IMG/VR virus record: IMGVR_UViG_3300022226_000005
Span: 3,140 to 67,139 of that record
Source: a virus
Reading direction: 5' to 3' (one strand)
DNA length: 64,000 nt
Below are positions 9,152 through 17,197 of this stretch, piece after piece. The position numbers and the translations under genes are program-made. The notes beneath the pieces were generated by a model. That model saw nothing but the letters and a program-made list of their open reading frames with translations. It did no database searches and was not told the DNA's origin. Position 1 is the first letter of the stretch. Each line of letters starts with the position of its first letter.

Positions 9152-10741
9152 GTGGCCGAAGATGGTTTCACCAAATTTCTAGCCTCCAAAGTAAGGGACG
9201 CCGATACATTTGAGGGCCCTGGCGGGGAACCCAAACGTATACTCGGCATTGATGCTCCTGAGTCGGGCACACCTGCGGGCGAAGCTGCGACAGACTTCAC
9301 TAAGAAACTTTTAGCTGCAAAAGAAATTTCTGCAAAAGAGAGCGGCAAAAAAGGTTACTACGGCCGCGACCTCGTCGAAGTAAAAATTGATGACACTGAC
9401 CAGCCGCTGGGCGCGCACTTAGCGCGGCTTGGCTACGCTCGGCCAGTAGGGGGAAGCGAATTTGACGACGAAATCAACCGCGCGGAAACGGCGTCCACAG
9501 CTGCCCGCGTACTTGGTGTTCAGGAGCGAGGCGTACAGAATGCTTACGACATCGACCTGTCCGGAGCGACAGCGACTGATCTCGGATCTCGGGCAGGTAC
9601 GTTTGGCAAAGCGGTTGGTCGCGGCGTCGATCAAGTCCAGCAGCTAGGCTATTCTGCGCTCAACGTCGGAGCGATGGCTCTTGGGGATTTATTCGGGACC
9701 GAAGTATTAGATAGTTGGGGCGAGGAAGGCCTACGCCGCAATATGATCGAGGCCGCGATGAACCCCGCAGAGGTACAAACGTGGGACGACGTCGAAAACC
9801 TGTCGACCGGCTTCACGTACGTATTGGAAGCGCTCGGCGAGCAGCTCCCCAACATAGCTACTTTGGTCGGCACCGGTGGTGCTGGCGCGCTTGTTAAAGG
9901 CGGCGTGAGCAAGCTCGTTCAGGCCGGTATCCAGAAGAAGCTCGCCCAGCTCGCCCTCAAGCAGGGCAACAACCTCCAAGTAGCAAAGATCGTAAAAGGC
10001 GGCTCTGGCTTTACTCCCGGCATTGCGGCCGGGTCATACGTTATGGGCACCGGCGAGATCGGAAATGAATTGAGGGAGGCCGGTATCGACTCTCCCGGCA
10101 CAGCTTTGCTCGGCGCGGTTCCGTTTGCCGCGCTCGACACCCTGGGCTTCCAGACGACCATTGGAAGGTTATTCAAAGGCATAGACAAGGACATCGCCAC
10201 TCAGTCCGTAAAGGACATAGCACGCAGCACATTCAGGGCAGCTGGCATAGGCGCGGCTGCTGAGTCATCCACGGAGATGCTACAGGAGGTGATCACATTA
10301 TCTGCTCGCGCTTTCCACGACCCGACTTTTGAGATATTCAGCGACGAGAACTTGGCAAGGATCAAAGAAGCTGGTATAAAAGCAGGTATCGTAGGTGGCG
10401 TGTTCGGTGGCGGAGCTACTGCCATCAACAAGACTGTAGGGAAGCTTACACAACCGCCAGTAGCACCGGCGGAGACCGACGCGGTGACGACCCCGTCGGA
10501 AGCTACACCGCCTCCCCCACCGCCCGGTGGGGGAGTAACAACTTTTCCCCAGCGCGACACTGACTACGGATATATACCAGATGAAGCTACAGTGCCCGCC
10601 CAAGAACTCTTCGAGGATGCCCCGCCCAATGCTGTCGTCTCCATTCGCGGCATGCTTGAGCAGGAAATTGAACCCCAGCTTGCTAAAGCTGAAACGCAAA
10701 TCAATGCTTACGAAGCGTTGAGGAGTTGCTTAGCATCATGA
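9152..10741 (+). CDS. Probable ejection protein with N-terminal SNase (thermonuclease)-like domain
   Basis: VRDADT, RILGIDAPE, GYYGRDLV, LARLGYA motifs; remainder Gly/Ala-rich with hydrophobic helices. Confidence 0.7.
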   Translation: MAEDGFTKFLASKVRDADTFEGPGGEPKRILGIDAPESGTPAGEAATDFTKKLLAAKEISAKESGKKGYYGRDLVEVKIDDTDQPLGAHLARLGYARPVGGSEFDDEINRAETASTAARVLGVQERGVQNAYDIDLSGATATDLGSRAGTFGKAVGRGVDQVQQLGYSALNVGAMALGDLFGTEVLDSWGEEGLRRNMIEAAMNPAEVQTWDDVENLSTGFTYVLEALGEQLPNIATLVGTGGAGALVKGGVSKLVQAGIQKKLAQLALKQGNNLQVAKIVKGGSGFTPGIAAGSYVMGTGEIGNELREAGIDSPGTALLGAVPFAALDTLGFQTTIGRLFKGIDKDIATQSVKDIARSTFRAAGIGAAAESSTEMLQEVITLSARAFHDPTFEIFSDENLARIKEAGIKAGIVGGVFGGGATAINKTVGKLTQPPVAPAETDAVTTPSEATPPPPPPGGGVTTFPQRDTDYGYIPDEATVPAQELFEDAPPNAVVSIRGMLEQEIEPQLAKAETQINAYEALRSCLAS

Positions 10742-10944
10742 AACTTACCCGCAGAAAGCTGGCAGAACTCAAAAACAAAGGCGTTATTAGGCAAGAAATC
10801 GACGGTTCGATAACGATGCTTAAGGATACCTCTAAAGCAGCCCCCACGCCGATGATCGACAATAAAAAGCGGTCGTGGAAAGTTCACGATTTTGAACGTG
10901 ACTTTGAAGGATGGATCACCGCCGTCACGGTAACGGAAAACTAA
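10738..10944 (+). CDS. Hypothetical protein
   Basis: ATGA overlap with upstream stop. Confidence 0.6.
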   Translation: MKLTRRKLAELKNKGVIRQEIDGSITMLKDTSKAAPTPMIDNKKRSWKVHDFERDFEGWITAVTVTEN

Positions 10945-10945
10945 A

Positions 10946-11194
10946 ATGAGTACAGCCGTGACAAACGATGAAATTGCCAAGCAGTTGGAGAAGCACGACC
11001 AACACTTGACTCGCCTGACGGACACAGTCGACAGGATTGAGAAAGACATAGAGCCGATTACGCTTGTCTACATGGACATAGCTGCGGTCGGGCGCGTAGG
11101 CCGTAAGATAGGCAACTTCATTAAGTGGTTTGCCGCCGTATCACTAGCTTTTACAGGCGCGTGGGCTGCCGTTAAGGGGTTTCGACCGTGGTAA
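10946..11194 (+). CDS. Coiled-coil membrane protein, possibly holin-like
   Basis: N-terminal coiled coil plus one C-terminal hydrophobic helix. Confidence 0.5.
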   Translation: MSTAVTNDEIAKQLEKHDQHLTRLTDTVDRIEKDIEPITLVYMDIAAVGRVGRKIGNFIKWFAAVSLAFTGAWAAVKGFRPW

Positions 11195-11475
11195 AAGTAT
11201 TGTTTATAGCGCTGGCGTTGTTTGTAACTTCTGCGCATGCTGAATATAGCGTTAAATACCTCGAACACGCCATGTTTATGACGGTGACGGACGGGCAAAA
11301 ACTCGGCAGGCTTATTTGTTTAGATAACAAAACAGAAGATAAGTCCGCACTCCCCGTAGGGTGGCGAATTTTAACCTGCAACAACTTGCATACGCCTTTA
11401 AATTGGGCGATTTGTTACGTAAACATAGAAAAGAAATCTTTTTTGTGTGGTAAATACACCCCCGTTGGGAACTAG
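11188..11475 (+). CDS. Small secreted protein with four Cys
   Basis: Signal peptide ending AHA; AT-richer than flanks. Confidence 0.6.
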   Translation: MVKVLFIALALFVTSAHAEYSVKYLEHAMFMTVTDGQKLGRLICLDNKTEDKSALPVGWRILTCNNLHTPLNWAICYVNIEKKSFLCGKYTPVGN

Positions 11476-11488
11476 GAGAAACATTTAA

Positions 11489-13924
11489 ATGGCGCTTATT
11501 ACCGATCCCGATAGCCTGAGTCAAGGTACCCTATACGCGGTAACCAACCTCGTTATCACAACTCCCGGCACCGGGGCAGACTCCACGTTTGCCGGAACGG
11601 GTCTCGGCTCGTTGCTGGCAGGTGATTTTTTCGAGATTCGGGATCACTCTGATCCGCTGGCCAACGGCTTGTGGCGAGTAGTTACCGTTAACGGCGACAC
11701 CACCAGCTACGAGGTCGACAAAATTTCAAACGGCGCGGTACCGGCAACCGCTGGTTCCGAGGCAGTCAGTTGGCTCGGTGGCGACGCCACTGTCGCCGAT
11801 GAAAAATCCGTGTACTTCGACACGCTGGTCGAGGAAATCTGGCTCCTAGAGCAAGGCAACCTGTCAGTAGACGGCGTGACCATGCTGGCGCTCCACTCGT
11901 TCATCAAGAAGCGCTGGAAAGACGATCAGCTGCTCATCGACTCTGGTGCCTTCCCGATGGTTGGTATCTCGTTCGCCGCTGGTCAGTGGGAATTCGGCGA
12001 AGACCCGTCGGGTAACAACTCTGACTGGACACTCAAAGTTGACGTGGCCTCCAGCGTTGACTCTCAGCGGCTGATCCGTAACGCGGGCTGGAACCAAAAG
12101 AACAACGCTGGTGTTATCATCGCGAAGTTCTTCAACGTCTCGACTCTTGGTACGTTCGAAGATACAGCCGACCAAGCGAAGTATTTCTTCGGTAATGACT
12201 ACACCACCGACAACACGAACAACTTTGCGTTCACCGGCCCTGTAAACGAGCCGGTCCAATACTTCGACCTGATCGGCGACCTAGCTGGTGACACCCCGTC
12301 GTTCGCTTCCACTACCACGGTTACTCGTGCGACTGGCAGCTTCATCACCGACGGCTTCGTCGTTGGCGGTCAGATCACTGTATCTGGCTCTACCAGCAAC
12401 GACGGCACTTACGCGCTGTCCGCCGTGTCCGCCACCAGCATGACCATCACTACTACGTGGACAGCTGAAGCGTGGGGCACTACTCAGATCGCCGTAGACA
12501 ACGCCAACGCCGTAGCGGTGCAGCTCCGTATTCGTGACGCTGACCCCAAAGGTAAGACCTTCCAGACTTCTGGCCTGACGCAAGCTGGTGAAGACGCGAT
12601 TGCGTCCAAAGTTATCAAATTCCCGCTCGCCAACGGCGCTGACCAAAAGATCGACGTCACCGACGCCAACGTTGTTACCGCCCCCTGGACTGAAGTTCGT
12701 CCTCGGTACCTCGCCACTACGTACAACCGCGATGTTGATACCCTCGGCGTACCCCGTAACTTCGGCATCGTTATCGATGCTGGCACGTACTCCCAGAGCA
12801 ACGGCGCGGCGGCTACTACTTCCCGCTGGGACTCTGCGAACCTCAACCTTGGCACCGGCGAAGCACTTGCTGACTACACTGGCGGTACGCTGATCATCCA
12901 CGAAGGCACGAACAAGGGCAGCTATACCATCTCCGGTACCCCGGTAGATTCGGCTGGCACCTTGCAGGTGACCGTCGTAGGTACGCCTCTGACTGTTACC
13001 GGCTCGAACGAGTCGTTCACGGTACAACGTGCGACGCCTCTTGGCGTAAGTGCACAGAACATCTTTGAGCGCATCCAGTATTTGCTGCGCCAAGGCACCG
13101 ACATCAACGACAGCGCGGACGGCGCAGTTGTCGGCCAGATGACTGGCGAACTGGCGGCTTACGTTGGTGACAACATCACTTTTGGCGGTTTCGAGTCAGT
13201 CAACCCGAATGGTGGTGGCGCAGGCGTTATTGTCGAGGGCTTCGATGCCAATGACACCAACAACATGTTCTTCGTCGACAACCTCGGCGTTGCAACCGGT
13301 ACCCGCAACTTCCCGTTCGTCGCCGCAGGCACACTTAACTTTAACTCTAACCTGACGGGCGATACTGACCCGGAATACTGGCTGTATTACCAGTATACTC
13401 AGCGCGTTACTAACGCGACCATCGATTGTATTGGCAACTCCGGTAGCACGTACGACCTTGAGTCCGACGCTGCGGTTCTCCCTGTGTTTGGGGTCAACGA
13501 CTATGTGCGCATCTCTGGGTTCGCGCAAGCGGCGAACAACGGCTTGTTCCGCGTCACCGTGGTCAACGTCTCCCAGTCTGACTACACGGTTGTCCGCGTT
13601 GACGGCGAGCCGGTCGGCACTACTGAGTCCAACCAGACCGTTAGCGTTGACAAGAACCCCTACAACTCGCCCGACGCGATTATCGTTAATGACAACAGCG
13701 GCTCGCCGATTACTGGCGCTATTGGCGCGGCTTCTATTGCTTTTGACTACGATTACGATAATAATGCACAAGGCGGAAGAGCGACTGAGACAGCCGTGTG
13801 CGTGCTAAAAGCTAGCGGCCTGGAGCTCGGCCAGTACGTCGAGGTTTTAAACCAGCAAATCACTCGCAACACCGGTTTGTCATTCACAGCTACCTCGCCG
13901 TTGGAACGTAACTTTACTCCGTAA
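11489..13924 (+). CDS. Large beta-rich structural protein with repeated small beta modules
   Basis: 811 aa, Thr/Gly/Asn/Asp-rich, four G-D/G-x-I/V-x-I..NG.Y/W/F.V modules. Confidence 0.6.
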   Translation: MALITDPDSLSQGTLYAVTNLVITTPGTGADSTFAGTGLGSLLAGDFFEIRDHSDPLANGLWRVVTVNGDTTSYEVDKISNGAVPATAGSEAVSWLGGDATVADEKSVYFDTLVEEIWLLEQGNLSVDGVTMLALHSFIKKRWKDDQLLIDSGAFPMVGISFAAGQWEFGEDPSGNNSDWTLKVDVASSVDSQRLIRNAGWNQKNNAGVIIAKFFNVSTLGTFEDTADQAKYFFGNDYTTDNTNNFAFTGPVNEPVQYFDLIGDLAGDTPSFASTTTVTRATGSFITDGFVVGGQITVSGSTSNDGTYALSAVSATSMTITTTWTAEAWGTTQIAVDNANAVAVQLRIRDADPKGKTFQTSGLTQAGEDAIASKVIKFPLANGADQKIDVTDANVVTAPWTEVRPRYLATTYNRDVDTLGVPRNFGIVIDAGTYSQSNGAAATTSRWDSANLNLGTGEALADYTGGTLIIHEGTNKGSYTISGTPVDSAGTLQVTVVGTPLTVTGSNESFTVQRATPLGVSAQNIFERIQYLLRQGTDINDSADGAVVGQMTGELAAYVGDNITFGGFESVNPNGGGAGVIVEGFDANDTNNMFFVDNLGVATGTRNFPFVAAGTLNFNSNLTGDTDPEYWLYYQYTQRVTNATIDCIGNSGSTYDLESDAAVLPVFGVNDYVRISGFAQAANNGLFRVTVVNVSQSDYTVVRVDGEPVGTTESNQTVSVDKNPYNSPDAIIVNDNSGSPITGAIGAASIAFDYDYDNNAQGGRATETAVCVLKASGLELGQYVEVLNQQITRNTGLSFTATSPLERNFTP

Positions 13925-13933
13925 TGAGGTACT

Positions 13934-14167
13934 ATGATCGACATCATTGTGAAAACTCCGGAGGGTTACACTCTCCGGAATCCCATCTGGAAGGTCCGTT
14001 CCGACAGTGACTTTGCGTTCGTTGATCTTCTTCGTGAGGTCTGCCAAAAGATAGAGGTAGACCCCCGCGAGTTCAAGGTGCAGCTCGATGGTGCCGACAT
14101 GCAGAATGGGGCACTTTGTCTTAACTTTCTTGACCAAGGCGATACCGTGGAGCTGGTAGAGCGGTAA
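13934..14167 (+). CDS. Ubiquitin-like (beta-grasp) protein without C-terminal GG
   Basis: 77 aa; MIDIIVKTPEG...GDTVELVER follows the ubiquitin secondary-structure pattern; GAGG SD present. Confidence 0.55.
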   Translation: MIDIIVKTPEGYTLRNPIWKVRSDSDFAFVDLLREVCQKIEVDPREFKVQLDGADMQNGALCLNFLDQGDTVELVER

Positions 14168-15726
14168 TGGCTGCTGCAACTTATACATCTGATCTAACAG
14201 ACATCACCCTGTTCGAAAGCACTACAGGCGTCTCCAACTATGGTGGTGGCGGCGGCGCGGCTGCGGCGGGCATTGACTATGCTATAGAAGGCACGAACTG
14301 TGTCGATAAGCAGGTCAACGCGACAGAGCGCGGGTTCCTGTTCCAAGCGGGGGCCAGCTTCACGATAGGAGCAGACGACCACTTCTACGAGTGGGTGTGT
14401 GTCGGAACCTATGGCCTTGCGGCTACTCGTAACAACCGTGGCATCTGCGTGGCTATTGGCGACGACGTCAGCAACTTCGTGCAGTTCCACGTCAACGGGG
14501 TTGACACGCTCCCGCTCGGCGGTATGATCCCCTACGCTGTCAGGTTCAACAACACTTCGGCGACTAACCTTCGCACGCTTGTCGGCTCTCCTGGTACCTC
14601 TCCGGACAGCATTGGTTGTACGGCTAATATAACGGGCTCAGCAAAATTCGCTAACTTGGCCGCTGATGCTTGCCGCATAGGAACTGGATACGACATACTA
14701 AACGGTACTGGCGCAGACCCCGAGGCGGACTTCGCTGGGATAGCTGCGGATGACCTCTCGACTAGAGAAGGCGTGTTGGTCGCGGTCGGCGGCGGCTATA
14801 ACCTACAGGGCAAACTGCGGATAGGTAGCGCGACCACCGCCTGTGAATTCCTGGATAGCAACACCAACATCAACATAGTTGATACCATACACTCTCTGAC
14901 GGACTTCACGGAAATACTGGTGGAGAACGCGTCGAGTATTCTCACCCTTACCAACATCAACTTCCAAGCACTGGGAACAAATAACCCCGGCCGCATCGAG
15001 ATGATTACGGCCACCGCCACCGCTACTCTCACAAACGTGGGTTTCATCGGCTTCGGCGTTTCTGTTTTTGGTTCAGGCACTACTGCTGCGAACTGTCGCT
15101 GGATCGGAGCAAACCAGGTAACGGTGGGCAACGGCACCTACACTGGTTGTGCTTTTGATTCAAGCATAGCGGCCTCAGCCGTACTCGCAGCAAGCCCCGC
15201 CGAAGCCGCTAAGATATCTGGAAGTACTTTCACCAGTGCTGGCACAGGCAACGGCTTGGAGATTACCGGTACTGCTGCTGACTTCACTCTCACAGATGTG
15301 GACTTCAGCGGGTACTCCACCACTGTCGACGCTAACAAGGCGATCTACGTGAACATAGCTTCTGGTACCGTAAACATCACTATCAGCGGAGGCAGCGGCG
15401 TCACCGCCGCCTCGCATGTAAGGACCGCTGGCGCTACTATAGTGGTCAACTCAGACGTGACCGTCACGTTTACAAACATGAAAGATAATACAGAAGTAAG
15501 GATATACACAGCTGGCACGAAAACGGAGTTGGCGGGCATAGAGAACGCCACGGCGGGTACCGCCAACGCGCGCACTTTTGCTGCCGCTATACCGGGCGGA
15601 ACAAACGTGGATTACACGATGGTTAACGAGCAATACGAGATCGTGCGAGTAGAGTCCTTCACGTGGCCTACTGCCGACCAAAGTATCCTTATTAGTCAAC
15701 GCTTCGACCGCAACTTTGTACCTTAA
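14167..15726 (+). CDS. Structural protein with probable beta-helix
   Basis: Short-period beta repeats rich in Thr/Asn/Gly/Ile; in the late operon. Confidence 0.55.
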   Translation: MAAATYTSDLTDITLFESTTGVSNYGGGGGAAAAGIDYAIEGTNCVDKQVNATERGFLFQAGASFTIGADDHFYEWVCVGTYGLAATRNNRGICVAIGDDVSNFVQFHVNGVDTLPLGGMIPYAVRFNNTSATNLRTLVGSPGTSPDSIGCTANITGSAKFANLAADACRIGTGYDILNGTGADPEADFAGIAADDLSTREGVLVAVGGGYNLQGKLRIGSATTACEFLDSNTNINIVDTIHSLTDFTEILVENASSILTLTNINFQALGTNNPGRIEMITATATATLTNVGFIGFGVSVFGSGTTAANCRWIGANQVTVGNGTYTGCAFDSSIAASAVLAASPAEAAKISGSTFTSAGTGNGLEITGTAADFTLTDVDFSGYSTTVDANKAIYVNIASGTVNITISGGSGVTAASHVRTAGATIVVNSDVTVTFTNMKDNTEVRIYTAGTKTELAGIENATAGTANARTFAAAIPGGTNVDYTMVNEQYEIVRVESFTWPTADQSILISQRFDRNFVP

Positions 15727-15737
15727 GGGGCCTGACG

Positions 15738-16979
15738 ATGGCAGTCACTTTCGATGGCCCTAACTTAATAATCACGCTTGAAACAGGCGTAACCTCTCTC
15801 GACTGGGGCGACGTCTACTCGGATTGGAAGCGGTGGGTTAACGATGGCGGTGGCGACCCATACGCTCCCGCGTTTCGCGTAGTAGGCGGCGACCCTTTGT
15901 CGGCGGTAATCAACGCCGGTACTTACTACTTCCTACGTAACGACCTCGGCTGGCGCATCAAACCGCCTGAGGAAGACATCACTGTCTTTGTGACAGGTAA
16001 CCTTGCACTTCAAGACTTGAACGTGCCATCGATCCTGCCAACAACCGGCGCGTTTACTGCTGCGGTACTCGGCCTCCAGCCTGTAACGCAGGGCGTTATA
16101 CCAGAGATGCGCGACAACCTGCGTTTTGCGATTTATCAGAACGCAGTGTGGGTTGACCAAAGCAGCCCGTACTCCGGAACGGCGTTCCCCGTTGGCTCGC
16201 CGAGAGCCCGTGTTAACAACGTCGCTGATGCCAAACTTATTGCTGCTGCTAACGGGTTTACTACACTCGACTTCCTAGGCACATACAACTTCTCTGGTAG
16301 CGACAACGTCGACGACTTCACGCTGAGAGGCGAGGGTGGGGGAGCCTCTACGCTGGTTTTTTCAGCTGGGGATTCGACGGACGGGGCCCGTTTTTACGAT
16401 GCCGAGCTCCAAGGGGATATGTCCGGGGCAATCGAAGCGACGAACTGCCACGTTGCAGGGGTATCTGATGTTGGCGGGAGCGTGCATGAAACGGAGTTTA
16501 AGGGGTGCCTTCTCGGGCCCGGCTCATCTGTCGCCCTTTCCGCAGCGGCGACCGAAGACGTCCACTTCCGTCGTTGCGACAGCGGTTCGCCGGGAGACAC
16601 CGCGGTTATTTATGACTGGAACGGGGCGGCTGCGGGCGGCACCTTCCGTAACTACGGTGGCGGAATCAGGCTGGAAAACCTGACTAATGCTAATGAAATT
16701 TCAATCGACGGCGACTGCCACGTAACAATCGCGGCGAGCTGCACCAGTTGTAACATAGCAATACGGGGGGACGTGAAGGTTACGAACCTTGCTAGCGCGA
16801 ATCCAGGTGTGGTGGTGATCGACCAAGCGATGTACACCAGGATGTTCGAAGTGTGGCAGCGCCTTGGCCTTGACCCGAATAACCCCCTCACTAACCAGAA
16901 CGACGGCGGGTACACTGTTGGCGACATAGACGTCAACGCGACTGCCGTCGGCGACGACATTATACAGACAAGACAATGA
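15738..16979 (+). CDS. Structural protein with probable beta-helical C-terminal part
   Basis: 413 aa, beta-rich repeats, in the late operon. Confidence 0.55.
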   Translation: MAVTFDGPNLIITLETGVTSLDWGDVYSDWKRWVNDGGGDPYAPAFRVVGGDPLSAVINAGTYYFLRNDLGWRIKPPEEDITVFVTGNLALQDLNVPSILPTTGAFTAAVLGLQPVTQGVIPEMRDNLRFAIYQNAVWVDQSSPYSGTAFPVGSPRARVNNVADAKLIAAANGFTTLDFLGTYNFSGSDNVDDFTLRGEGGGASTLVFSAGDSTDGARFYDAELQGDMSGAIEATNCHVAGVSDVGGSVHETEFKGCLLGPGSSVALSAAATEDVHFRRCDSGSPGDTAVIYDWNGAAAGGTFRNYGGGIRLENLTNANEISIDGDCHVTIAASCTSCNIAIRGDVKVTNLASANPGVVVIDQAMYTRMFEVWQRLGLDPNNPLTNQNDGGYTVGDIDVNATAVGDDIIQTRQ

Positions 16980-17197
16980 GCGCTCTCAGCCTCGCGTCTT
17001 TAGGTGTAATATGTAACGCAAGATCGTTTTCTATGGCGAGCTTGGGCGTGTTCTGCCTCGCTGATGAAGCGGCAGTTGTTGTGCCGATACTTAGCGCGGG
17101 CGGGGCAGGCTACACACACGAGATAGATGAAAGGGACGTTTTGGATATTGTATCACTTTTAATTGCATCAGGAGTACTTGACGATGGCAAGCCTTAA
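16976..17197 (+). CDS. Small hypothetical protein
   Basis: ATGA overlap; internal repeat SLASLGV / SMASLGV. Confidence 0.55.
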   Translation: MSALSLASLGVICNARSFSMASLGVFCLADEAAVVVPILSAGGAGYTHEIDERDVLDIVSLLIASGVLDDGKP

